From Macrostomum lignano (Eukaryota), in contig NIVC01001569.1 of the NCBI GenBank assembly GCA_002269645.1, positions 1-64,000 on the forward strand: DNA of 64,000 nucleotides, in the 5' to 3' direction. Below are positions 1 to 17,100 of this stretch, piece by piece; the first letter of the stretch is position 1, and every line of letters begins with the position of its first letter. Below the pieces are notes generated by a model. It was given only the letters and a program-made list of their open reading frames with translations, was not told the origin of the DNA and made no database searches. A program made the translations under genes and the position numbers.

Positions 1-145
1 TTTCACATAAACCCCAAGCTTAACAAGCTCAGAATTTCACATAAACCCCAAGTTTAACAAGCTCCAGAATTTCACATAGACTCCAGGCTTCACAAGCTCA
101 GAATTTCACATAGACTCCAAGGCTTCACAAGCTCAGAATTTCACA
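1..145. repeat. About 35-bp minisatellite (TTTCACATAAACCCCAAGCTTAACAAGCTCAGAA)
   Basis: About 4 copies at the window start. Confidence 0.8.
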
Positions 146-789
146 TAAACTCCCAAGCCTTTACAAGCTTAACGTACAAATAGTCTAAAACATAAAATAA
201 GTCTCGTAAGTTTACGAGATTGTGAGGCTTTAAACTTCTAAAATATTTAGTTGTGAGATTTGAGCTAGTCAAGAATTTGTGATGACTCATACAGTTAGGA
301 CAGGTGACTTCTGCTCTATGATTCATGCTAGCGTCGGGAACGGGAGCCACAAGCAATGCGAACTCAAGGCTCATTTTCTTCTAGCTGTTCTTCCCCTTTA
401 AGCGGCTATTTCCATATAGCTGCATCTAATTCCGTTCTCTGTTCTCACACCAACTACTCCCAGTGAGGTTATGCAACACCCTTGCATGCCTGCCTGCGCA
501 ATCCGACACTGGGACAGTCCTCGCCAGCCTATTAGGATGAATTAATGTAATGGCTCTGCCTTCATCGCCTTGTCATCTTATCTTCACCGAACTAGCTTTA
601 CCGTCTTCCCTTGCTTCGTTCTCATATCTATTTGAAGTTTGCCGCCTACTTTATTTGATGATTTATTAAGAAGATAATCGACTTCTTATAAGTAATGCTT
701 TTTAATTAGGAAAAAGAGAACTGTCAAGATGTGGATGTAAAACTGTAAAAGGCTTGGTATTCCTGTTAATATAGGTATGAATAACGGCT

Positions 790-1175
790 GTAAATCGGCC
801 TTCATAACAGCTGAATAGCAGCCTTCATAACAGTTAGATATCGGCCTTCATAACAGCTAGATATCGGCCTTCCTAACAGTTAGATATCGGCCTTCATAAC
901 AGTTAGATATCAGCCTTCATAACAGTTAGATTATCGGCCTTCATAACAGTTAGATATCGGCCTTCATAACAGCTGGATATCGGCCTTCATAACAGTTAGA
1001 TATCGGCCTTCATAACAGTTAGATATCAGCCTTCATAACAGTTAGATATCAGCCTTCATAACAGTTAGATATCGGCCTTCATAACAGTTAGATATCGGCC
1101 TTCATAACAGTTAGATATCAGCCTTCATAACAGTTAGATATCGGCCTTCATAACAGTTAGATATCGGCCTTCATA
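790..1175. repeat. 23-bp minisatellite (TCGGCCTTCATAACAGTTAGATA)
   Basis: About 16 near-identical tandem copies. Confidence 0.9.
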
Positions 1176-1714
1176 AAAACTGGATACAGAATAAAAATCT
1201 GTATTCCTTTGGTTCCTCTTGGTTCCTTTAAAACAGATGATAAACATTGCACTATTCGAAGTCAAAAAACAAGCCAATGTATTGCTCGATGATAAGAACT
1301 ACTGCATTCCATTGAACTCTGGGCCCAGTATGTGAGAGGCATCTTTTGGTTTCTTTCTCTTTCATTTACTATTTGTCTGCGTGTAATTGCTACCGCTGAC
1401 CTACCTGTATCTCTGCCCACCTGTAGCCATTTTCTTGCTTAGCCTCGGCTAACGAAGCTTCTTCAGTCGAGTTACAAGTTGCAGGCTACGCTGCTGAAGG
1501 CGAAGTCATCAATCAACGCTTAGCAAATTTGGGATGTTGCCAAGTTCATAAGCTAGGCGGGTGCGTGCAAGGAGGATAAGATTTTTTGCCTGAACAAAAC
1601 GAAAAAAACTTCTTGAAGTGGGAGGCCCTTTTTGCGTTTTTTTTCAAAAAAATATTTACTTTTGACTACTCGCAATAGTAGTATATTTTTTATTGTTATT
1701 TGCTATCTTTTCAG

Positions 1715-5570
<3,856 letters not shown>

Positions 5571-5639
5571 CGTTGAAATCAAGTGTGTAAGGCTAGAATT
5601 TTTTGTTGTGCTATTCGGTTACTAATCGTTTGTTGCTTA

Positions 5640-5990
5640 GTAACCGAGATGTTTACCTTTGGATACGGAGGATAAGTTACTTTGCCTAGTAACGGAAGTG
5701 TTTACCTTGGATACCGATCAGTTATGTTGCTTAGCAACGGAAGTGTTTACCTTGGATACCGAACGGTTATTTTGCTTAGCAATGGGAGTTTTTACCTTGG
5801 ATACCGATCAGTAACTTTGCTTAGCAACGGAAGTGTTTACCTTTGATACCCAACGGTTATTTTGCTTAGCAACAGTGCTGTTTACCTTGAATACCGAACG
5901 GTTATTTTGCTTTGCAACAGGAGTGTTTACCTTGGATACCGATTGGTTGACTCGCTTAGTAACGGGAATGGTTATATTAGATCACGATTG
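5640..5990. repeat. About 45-bp minisatellite
   Basis: GTGTTTACCTTGGATACCGAACGGTTATTTTGCTTAGCAACGGAA-like units just downstream of the LNX stop. Confidence 0.8.
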
Positions 5991-6879
5991 GTTATCGTTG
6001 CAACGGGAGTGTTTTCCTTGCGTTCGTGCTTTATGGACTGACGTCATCACCATAGCAACTGAGTGTTTCACTACTAATATTTGGTCATAGGTAACGTCTC
6101 CGTTCTTATAAACCATTAGCCTTGTGCTACTCTTCGGTTCAAATTGTGCCATTTTAGTGGTTCTGCAAAAAATATAGACTTCATGTGTAATGGAAGTCGT
6201 ATGAGAATTGTGTGTGAAAGTCAAGTCGTTTGTTTTACAATTTCAATCCTTGCTTTCTATTCTTCTTTTAAGATTGTCACACAGTATTGCCTTCGAATTA
6301 AAATAATGATCAATTTCTCAAATTTTGTACTTACCTGCAAATATTGCTAATATAATGGATAATGTTCATGATTTTTCGCTTTTTGTATAGTTTTTTCTTG
6401 TTATATCCGCTTACCGCTACTGTTATAAGCAGGTCAGTTGCATAAATAAAGCGTAAATGTCGCTTTTTTATAACTAGTCAGTGGCAAGTTGAGTAAACAA
6501 ACGTATATTTTTACCCAATTTTGAGTTTCAGCTTTTTCTTGTATATATTATGTTGTTTATGCATAGCGTTTTTTGTTCATAAAAATTGCCTGACAGAGAA
6601 TCGCTTCTTGTACACACGAATTCGGGCGCCATTCACTGCTGTAATCTTTGGTTTGCTTTTATTGGTATCCGATTATTGTTTCAGCTTATCATATTTCTAG
6701 TCTTAACTAATTAAACTTCACGTTGCAACTTATTTACTTATTTTTTGTTACTTCTGTTTACCTTGCTTAATAAATATATTTTCAGAGTGCTGGCTGAATT
6801 ATTAGTATGTTATTAAGCTTCAAACCATGACAGTTTATGTTGACTAATCCACTCGCATCCACTCGTTGCCTAGCAACAA

Positions 6880-7445
6880 GTTTGCTTACCCTAGATACCG
6901 GTTTTTACCTTAGATAAGGATTTATTTAACCAAAATACGGGGTTTTTTACCCTAAATATGAGTATGTTTACACTAGATACTGAGTTGCTTACCCTAGGTA
7001 CGGGTTTGCTCACCCTAGATACGGGTTTGTTTACCCTAGATATGGGTTTACTTACCCTAGCCACAGGTTTTACCCTAGATACGGGTTTTTTACCCTAGAT
7101 ACGGGTTTGGTTACCCTAGATACTGGTTTGCTTACCCTACCCACCGGTTTTACCCTAGATACGGGGTTATTTACCCTAGATACAGGATTGCTTAGTCTAG
7201 ATACGGGTTTGTTTACACTAGATACGGTTTTTTTTACCATAGATGCGGAACAGCGGGTTTGTTTACCCTAGATACGGGTTTTTACCCTATATACGGGTTT
7301 TTTACCATTGATACGGGCTTGATTACCCCAGATATATGTTTTTTTACCTTAGATACGGATTTTTTAAATCTAATTCCGGGTTTTTACCATAAATATGGGT
7401 GTATATTTACACTTGATACGGAGTTGTTTACCCTAGATACGGGTT
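6880..7445. repeat. About 21-bp degenerate minisatellite (TTACCCTAGATACGGGTTTGT)
   Basis: Many degenerate copies; shares the TTTACC.T.GATAC core with the 5640-5990 array. Confidence 0.8.
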
Positions 7446-8084
7446 TGCTTACTCTTTGTTGCTATGCGACTGATCAGCTGAATAAGATAATTGCTAGTCA
7501 AGTTATTTCTCTCGCTTTTTGGTGTCGCATTTTCTCTTAATTGACGCTCCTTGATGCTGTCGGTCATCTGTTTGAATAGCTTTTTACAAACCATGTCTTC
7601 TAATTCTATTATCTGATGCTCGTTTCGCCTCAGTCTACAGTTTTGATTCTAGTCGGCTGACCAAGCGATCTTTATGGCTTGAAAATATTCAAAGCAGCTC
7701 CTGTTCACCTTCGCCCTCTGGATATTTTTGCTTTTGCTTTTTCATTCATTCCTTTTTCTTTCAATGTGTTAAAAAGATTAACAATTATATAGTGTTTCAT
7801 TATAATACTTAAATTTCTTCTTTTCGAAGACTTTGAGAGGCCTTGTCAAAGTTTTCTAACGACGCATGCAGACTGCAGTAAAATCAAATGAATTTTGCTC
7901 ATAATTTTTTTGCTTCTAAATTTATAATATTAGTAATTTATTGTCCAACTTTTTTCTGTACAATTTATTCCCTGTCTGAGCAAGTGGCCTTTGAAAAGTT
8001 GTTTCTTAGAAAGCAGAAAATTGGCGGCAAACAACAGATTTGAAGCATTCACGCCAGATGCTCTTGATCCGTTGTTTTGGTTGC

Positions 8085-8450
8085 TCTAATTTCACCCCTC
8101 TAATGTATCGTATCTCCAACCTCGCCTCTCTAATGTATCCTATCTCTAATCTCACCCTTCCTATGTATCCTATCTCTAAGCTCAAACCTCCAATGAATAC
8201 CTCCTATGTCTAATCTCACCCCTCCAATGTATCCCATCTTTTATCTAACCCTTCCAATGTATTCTATTCTCTCTTATCTCACCCCTCCAATGAATCTATC
8301 CTATCTCTAATTTCACCCCTCCAATGAATCTATCCTATCTCTAATTTCACCCCTCCAATGAATTTATTCTATCTTTAATCTCACCCCTTTAATGTATCAT
8401 ATCTCTAATCTCACCTTCTCCAATGTATCCTATCTCTAATCTCACTGTTC
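8085..8450. repeat. About 30-bp minisatellite (CTCTAATCTCACCCCTCCAATGTATCCTAT)
   Basis: About 11 degenerate copies. Confidence 0.75.
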
Positions 8451-11107
8451 TTAAACCTCGCGCGTTTCTGCTCTGTCTGACTGTCTTATGCCATTCTCAG
8501 TTTTCTCTATTTCTAATCATGCATGAGTCATTGTCATGATGACCTCTAAATCAAGTGATTTTTATATTCGGAGCAGACTGGATCAACAAAGTGTAATTAA
8601 TAAAATGTTAATTATTTAATTATCTACATACTACTCACTATATTATTTTACACGATAATTCTTGCACTCATAAATCAAAATTTCTCATTTCTGTAATTTT
8701 GGCCATAATGTTTACATGTGACACCGACAACTTGACAAGCCTAAGCTTATAAGTCTTGAAATTTTAGGTGTGTTTGCCTGTCTGTAGTAATTTTTCTATG
8801 TATTGTTTAGTATTGAATTATTTTTTCATCATTTTAATGCAATATTAAACAGATTTTTTCCTACCTGCCTGTGCTATTTATACAATAATCGAATACACTA
8901 TTTAAAATGCTGCTGAATTCGAGTTCATTGATTGATCAGTCACTTAGGTTGATAATTAATGATTTTGATTCGTTTATTTGGTTTGTCAGTCAGTCACCTA
9001 CCTTAATTTTATTATTATTTGCATGCCAATAATATCAACACAAGTAATTAAATTGATTACAACATACATGTGTATTATGCTTATCGTGCAGCTGGTTAAT
9101 ATGCTGCATAGATTTTACTTGTTTATTGATAAATATAATATTCATTTTTATTCTATTCTCAACTCGTGCATGGATAAATTATAGATATAACAATAATTAT
9201 TATTATAAAGTTAAACTCTATTTACTGAGAGCTTTATAAAGAAAAACGATACAAATCCAATTACGAATAAATTGTGTCTTTTTCATTCCTTAATCGAGAA
9301 GCTTCCATCGTCCAATTATATACATTCGCTATTCAAAAACGTTTAAACTAAAACCTGTAATTGTAAAAAGGCTGTTATAAAAATGTCATTAACTTGCTGC
9401 GTGGTTAAGACCTAAGAGGCCCCGGCCCAGACAATAAGAGGGTAAGAGCGTCTGTACGTTTTATTTTAAACGCTTTTGGTGTGGTCACAAGCGTGGGCCT
9501 TATTTTCTCTCCTTTTTAGCTAAGCAAGCGGAATCATTCTTATTCCGCACTCGCACCCTATAAAACAGGCCTAGGCCTATACCCCTATAGTATAGATAAG
9601 ATTAAGTATGTGTGGATAAACTGTCACGTGACCGCAGTTTTAAGCCAATCAGAGTCTTAATAAAAGCATCCCCTGCCCCAACAGTCCGCCTTCCTCTCCT
9701 TTCTGTTCTGGCCGGGCGGGCTACTCCTAATTTTAATGCGATTTTACAACCCGTCCGCCCAGCCCCGACACCCCCGTCCCCTACCCTCTAGCTGGCAGGA
9801 GCTTGGACCTTAAAATAAATTGCTATTAAACAACGTGTAATATAGGCTTCATTCAACCTAAGATTAGATTGGACTGGAGTGTTGCAACTTGCTAGCAAAT
9901 AGCAATCCGCATTGATGAGAACGACTACTACGAACAATACATGTTATGCATGTGTACGTCTAATAATAGCAATACAAGATGGTAGAAAATTGACTTGTGA
10001 CTTGTGAAACAATGGGTAAATATGAATTGAACAATCAAAATGCTTTTTATTTTGCAATTTACGTAACATCAAATAGTTCAAGAGGATTACTGTGATGATT
10101 TACATTTACATGTAAAAAACATCCTATTAATGCCACTGCATGCATATACGAGCGTACAGAATACCGCTACCGGAATAGACAAAGAAAATGGGTTGCTATA
10201 GGATGTCATGACAATTGTCAATTGACGAGATACGAGTAATTCATGACAAGGACACAAGGTGTGAGTAAAAAGCATTAATCATCTTTGCAGCAGCTATATA
10301 GTAGTCTTATATTTGGTTCGATCACCTGACAAGTGGCTTTTGGATCTAACGTTTGAAGCAGTTCCGAATTACATGGCTGTTGTGAAAATCAACATGATAA
10401 CTTTTTTCAATCTTCCATGAATCATCTTTCGCTTCTCGAATCTTGACCAAGGACCAATTTAGTATAACTTGGTCTTCAGCTATACTACAATGGTCCTTGA
10501 TCTTTAAATCGTTTAGAAACATTTGTTTTCTTTCAGCTCATCTGAACAGCCTTTTTCTGTGATAATAGTCATGAATATGATAATCTGACATGCAAATCAC
10601 CAAGGCAACCTGAACATTTTCGTGCTTCGTAAACAAAGAAAGTTAAGCTTTTTTCTTATCTTTTATACTTTATTTTATGCCTTGCTTTACTTAGTAAAAT
10701 TGAAACGCCAAACAAGCAGCAGCAAACCCTCCTTTACCCTATACTTTGGCCATTCGGCCCACTTTACTACTATGCTATAGTGTTATCTTCCTTGACGTTA
10801 ACGGTAATCCAAGGCCAACTTACGCTCTTCCAGTCGTCCTTGGGTAAACCCACTCCCTCCCTTTCCTCCCTTTCCCTCCTTCTCTGCTCGCTCCTCGATT
10901 GGCCGGAGGCTTCCGCCAATCCAGCCCCCCACCTCACTCCGCCAATTAAGCAATAAACTGGGCTAGCCTGTTTAGAAAGGGCCTCCCAATCCTACCTCCC
11001 TCTTTCTGACCTCACAGCTCACTCCCGGCCTTTTAGCGTGAAATTAGAACTTCAAAATGAAGTAAGCGCGTGCCAGTAATAGTGATTTTCTTGCCGAGCT
11101 AACCGAA

Positions 11108-14100
11108 ATGGACAACAATAATAACAACGTTAACATGCTGCCGCAGCCGCACGGTGGATCAGCTTTCACCGCGTATTCTCGTCGCTCCTTGCAGCCACAA
11201 CCAGTCTCAACTTCAAGCTCTCACGCTGCTACTGCTAGTCCACATACACAACAAGCAATAGCAGTTCACCGTCCTCAGCAGCACTGTGTGCACCATCCGA
11301 ATCAACATCCGCAGCAGCAGCACCAGCTTTATCCGCCGCATCTTCAACCGCCGCAATTTTCGCCTCGGCCATCTCTGCAGCACAAATGGCACTCCTATTG
11401 GCACGATTGGCAGCATTATTACTCCCATAACTATCCAATGCCAATACCAATGCCTATTATTAATCAGCATCATCCAGTTAGCCCGGCCGTCAGTCCTACA
11501 ATCCGGCCTGTACTGATCCCGCCCGCTCAGCCAGTTTATTATCCGCAAACGCAACAGGCAGCTGTGCCCCATTATCAATATCGCCATTGTCCTCCCCAGC
11601 AGTTGGGCCAGCAGAGTCGTTTCGCCGCTCCCTCTGGCAGGAGCAGTTTGCCAATGTCGGCCTCAGCAAAATCGGCTGCTGGCGGCAAGCCGCCTCTGCG
11701 CGCGGCCAGGCGACTGAATCAAGACCAGTTGAGACCGGGCGGTAATCGTAGAGCAACAATAAGCGCCATGACAGCTGTGGAACCGTTGGATCTTAGAATT
11801 GCTAGCAAGTGTAATGCCAGCAGCAGCACTACTAGCTCTGTTGCCACTGTTACTAATATCGCTTTGACAACAGGATTGTCTTCCTCGGCTCAGAAAGCTT
11901 CGCTGTCGCAATGGTGAGTTTAACTGTGTTGCTTTTGTCATTTTTTTAATAATGTCTTTGTCCACTTCCTTATTCACTGTCCTCAGCAGCTCCCCACCTT
12001 CATCTGCCCCTCCATTCACTTCACTGTACTCAGCAGCTCCCCACCCACATCCACCCCTCGGCCTTATCCGCCCCCAATTCGCTGTCATCAGCAGCTCCCC
12101 CTCATCCGCCCCTCATCCGCTCCTCATCCACCCCTATTCACTGTCCTCAGCAGCTCCCCACCCTCATCCGCCCCTTATCCGCCCCCCATTCACTGTCCTC
12201 AGCAGCTCCCCACCCTCATCCGCCCTTATCCGCCCCCCATTCACTGTCCTCAGCAGCTCCCCACCCTCATCCGCCCCTTATCCGCCCCTCAGTCACTGTC
12301 CTCAGCAGCTCCCCACCCTCATCCGCCCCTCAGTCACTGTCCTCAGCAGCTCCCCACCCTCATCCGCCCCTTATCCGCCCCCCTCATTCACTGTCCTCAG
12401 CAGCTCCCCACCCTCATCCGCCCCTTATCCGTCCCCCTCATTCACTGTCCTCAGCAGCTCCCCACCCTCATCCGCCCCTTATCCGCCCCCTCATTCACTG
12501 TCCTCAGCAGCTCCCCACCCTCATCCGCCCCTTATCCGTCCCCCTCATTCACTGTCCTCAGCAGCTCCCCACCCTCATCCGCCCCTTATCCGCCCCCTCA
12601 TTCACTGTCCTCAGCAGCTCCCCACCCTCATCCGCCCCTTATCCGCCCCCATTCACTGTCCTCAGCAGCTCCCCACCCTCATCCGCCCCTTATCCGCCCC
12701 TTCATTCATTCACTGTCCTCAGCAGCTCCCCACCCTCATCCGCCCCTTATCTGCCCCTCATTCACTGTCCTCAGCAGCTCCCCACCCTCATCCGCCCCTT
12801 ATCCGCCCCCCATTCACTGTCCTCAGCAGCTCCCCACCCTCATCCGCCCCTTATCCGCCCCCCATTCACTGTCCTCAGCAGCTCCCCACCCTCATCCGCC
12901 CCTTATCCGCCCCTCAGTCACTGTCCTCAGCAGCTCCCCACCCTCATCCGCCCCTTATCCGCCCCTCAGTCACTGTCCTCAGCAGCTCCCCACCCTCATC
13001 CGCCCCTTATCCGCCCCTCAGTCACTGTCCTCAGCAGCTCCCCACCCTCATCCGCCCCTCAGTCACTGTCCTCAGCAGCTCCCCACCCTCATCCGCCCCT
13101 TATCCGCCCCCCTCATTCACTGTCCTCAGCAGCTCCCCACCCTCATCCGCCCCTTATCTGCCCCTCATTCACTGTCCTCAGCAGCTCCCCACCCTCATCC
13201 GCCCCTTATCCGCCCCCCCTCATTCACTGTCCTCAGCAGCTCCCCACCCTCATCCGCCCCTTATCCGCCCCCCCTCATTCACTGTCCTCAGCAGCTCCCC
13301 ACCCTCATCCGCCCCTTATCCGCCCCCTCATTCACTGTCCTCAGCAGCTCCCCACCCTCATCCGCCCCTTATCTGCCCCTCATTCACTGTCCTCAGCAGC
13401 TCCCCAGCATCGGGAAGACAGCAGAAGCAGCCAAGTAATTCGGAGCCAGCAGCGACCGAAGCCAGTTCGTCAATGGCTGTCAAGAAGGCCTGGTTGCACA
13501 AGTGGGCTGAGCAACAGATGGAGAAAAAGCAAATGCCGCCACCGATGCAGCCTCCTATTATGCGGAATTTGCCCAAACAGAAGCAGGCTAACATTGATGA
13601 GTCAGAATCGAACAGTTCAGGTACAGCGGCGGCGACAGCTGGGAACTCCAGGCCGACAGCAAAGGTGAGTTAGTAATTAATTAATTTATACTACCTTACT
13701 GCATACCTAAAAATCTCTAAAATCGTTCAACACTTTAATTACACAAAAAAAGTATAGGCAGGTAGATGACCTGCGGCCAGCAAAGCCTCCCTGATCCTTT
13801 GAAACTTTACAATAGCAATCTGGCTCGCTCAATATTTGTCTCTTCTAAGCTCTCCGCTCTGCTCTTGTAGATAAAGACTTGGCCATTGGAGTAGTTGAAG
13901 TCTTATTAGCCCACCTGGGAATGTGTATAAAGACTCAGCTATTAGAGTAGCTGAAGTCTTATTAGCCCACCTGGGAATGTGTATAAAGACTCAGCTATTA
14001 GAGTAGCTGTAAAAGTGTCATTAGCCCACCTGGGAATGTGTATAAAGACTCAGCTATTAGAGTAGCTGTAAAAGTGTCATTAGCCCACCTGGGAATGTGT

Positions 14101-17100
14101 ATAAAGACTCAGCTATTAGAGTAGCTGTAAAAGTGTCATTAGCCCACCTGGGAATGTGTATAAAGACTCAGCTATTAGAGTAGCTGTAAAAGTGTCATTA
14201 GCCCACCTGAGAATGTGTATAAAGACTCAGCTATTAGAGTAGCTGGTGTCATTAGCCCACCTGAGAATGTGTATAAAGACTCAGCTATTAGAGTAGCTGT
14301 AAAAGTGTCATTAGCCCACCTGGGAATGTGTATAAAGACTCAGCTATTAGAGTAGCTGTAAAAGTGTCATTAGCCCACCTGGGAATGTGTATAAAGACTC
14401 AGCTATTAGAGTAGCTGTAAAAGTGTCATTAGCCCACCTGGGAATGTGTATAAAGACTCAGCTATTAGAGTAGCTGTAAAAGTGTCATTAGCCCACCTGA
14501 GAATGTGTATAAAGACTCAGCTATTAGAGTAGCTGTAAAAGTGTCATTAGCCCACCTGAGAATGTGTATAAAGACTCAGCTATTAGAGTAGCTGTAAAAG
14601 TGTCATTAGCCCACCTGGGAATGTGTATAAAGACTCAGCTATTAGAGTAGCTGTAAAAGTGTCATTAGCCCACCTGAGAATGTGTATAAAGACTCAGCTA
14701 TTAGAGTAGCTGTAAAAGTGTCATTAGCCCACCTGAGAATGTGTATAAAGACTCAGCTATTAGAGTAGCTGTAAAAGTGTCATTAGCCCACCTGGGAATG
14801 TGTATAAAGACTCAGCTATTAGAGTAGCTGTAAAAGTGTCATTAGCCCACCTGAGAATGTGTATAAAGACTCAGCTATTAGAGTAGCTGTAAAAGTGTCA
14901 TTAGCCCACCTGGGAATGTGTATAAAGACTCAGCTATTAGAGTAGCTGTAAAAGTGTCATTAGCCCACCTGGGAATGTGTATAAAGACTCAGCTATTAGA
15001 GTAGCTGTAAAAGTGTCATTAGCCCACCTGGGAATGTGTATGTGCATAAAGACTCAGCTATCAGAGTAGCTGAAGTGTCAAACGCCCACACCTAAGATGT
15101 GGATATCAGATATGGGTAAAGGCTTCGTCTAATAACAGAATAGGTGAAATCCTCAGACTACTTGAGAATGTTGAAGTCACTGAACAGATGTAAACAGTCT
15201 ATTATACATAATTGACTGCATCGCATGATTAACACAAACACGACGCAGGCATCCAGAAAGCGGCAGTCGATCACTCTACCTACAATGTTACGATCATCCA
15301 AGACTGCCGCCGCGGCCTCAGCACTGACGGCAACGAGGCCTAAAGAGGCATCAGCTGGGAGGGCGTCGGATGGCGAGACCCTGCTATCGTTAGCATCGGT
15401 TGCTAACACGGCTAAGAGACGGTTGAGCTTGTCGACTGCAACTGCCATGAGCGGCGCTGACGGTAAAAAATCTCCACAAAATCCAGAAAATTAAAAAACC
15501 CCAATAATATAAAATATTTATCTTAATCTCCCTATAGGATAAATGAATAAACCACAATTGTATACCTGTAAAATGTAAAATCCTCTCGCCCGTCCCCACC
15601 TGCCAACAGAGAGCAGCAGATCAACAGAAGGTCAGGTGGATGCCAGCCAGACTCTCGTAGCTCTGCAGGGCAACACCTGCCGGGAGCTGGTCTACACTCG
15701 GCTGCCCCTGTGTAGAGACTGCCGGCTGATAGCCACGCCTCCGGTGGCCCAGCCCAGCTGCCGGTTCAAGGAGTTTAGAAAGTGAGCTCGATTAAATGCA
15801 CCCAAGCAGTGCAGCTCTACTTTTGTGCTTGGAGAATCTTTTAATTTCCCAATTGAGAATCGCCCCTGATCCCATTGAGAATCGCCACTGATCCCATTGA
15901 GAATCGCCCCTGATCTCATTGAGAATCGCCACTGATCCCATTGAGAATCGCCACTGATCCCATTGAGAATCGCCCCTGATCCCATTGAGAATCGCCACTG
16001 ATCCCATTGAGAATCGCCATTGATCCCATTGAGAATCGCCCCTGATCTCATTGAGAATCGCCCCTGATCCCATTGAGAATCGCCATTGATCCCATTGAGA
16101 ATCGCCACTGATCCCATTGAGAATCGCCCCTGATCCCATTGAGAATCGCCATTGATCCCACTGAGAATCGCCCCTGATCTCATTGAGAATCGCCCCTGAT
16201 CCCATTGAGAATCGTCACTGATCCCATTGAGAATCGCCATTGATCCCATTGAGAATCGCCATTGATCCCATTGAGAATCGTCACTGATCCCATTGAGAAT
16301 CGCCATTGATCCCATTGAGAATCGTCACTGATCCCATTGAGAATCGCCACTGATCCCATTGAGAATCGCCATTGATCCCATTGAGAATCGCCACTGATCT
16401 CATTGAGAATCGCCCCTGATCCCATTGAGAATCGCCACTGATCCCATTGAGAATCGCCATTGATCCCATTGAGAATCGCCATTGATCCCATTGAGAATCG
16501 CCATTGATCCCATTGAGAATCGCCACTGATCCCATTGAGAATCGCCACTGATCCCATTGAGAATCGCCCCTGATCCCATCCCATTGAGAATCGCCACTGA
16601 TCCCATTGAGAATCGCCACTGATCCCATTGAGAATCGCCACTGATCCCATTGAGAATCGCCACTGATCCCATTGAGAATCGCCATTGATCCCATTGAGAA
16701 TCGCCATTGATCCCATTGAGAATCGTCACTGATCCCATTGAGAATCGCCATTGATCCCATTGAGAATCGTCACTGATCCCATTGAGAATCGCCACTGATC
16801 CCATTCAGAATCGCGATTGATCCCATTGAGAATCGCCCCTGATCTCATTGAGAATCGCCCCTGATCCCATTGAGAATCGCCACTGATCCCATTGAGAATC
16901 GCCACTGATCCCATTGAGAATCGCCACTGATCCCATTGAGAATCGCCATTGATCCCATTGAGAATCGCCCCTGATCCCATCCCATTGAGAATCGCCACTG
17001 ATCTCATTGAGAATCGCCCCTGATCCCATTGAGAATCGCCACTGATCCCATTGAGAATCGCCATTGATCCCATTGAGAATCGCCATTGATCCCATTGAGA

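Noticed and set aside
1443-1560. Open stretch between AG and GT as a candidate upstream LNX exon
   Set aside because: It ends in phase 2, incompatible with the exon at 1715, and lacks the expected LGISIVGG PDZ motif.
13905-15085. CRISPR-like regular array with an internal hairpin (CAGCTA-TTAGAG-TAGCTG)
   Set aside because: Units are contiguous and near-identical with no unique spacers, no cas genes are present, and it lies in a spliceosomal intron. The same applies to the 84-bp array.
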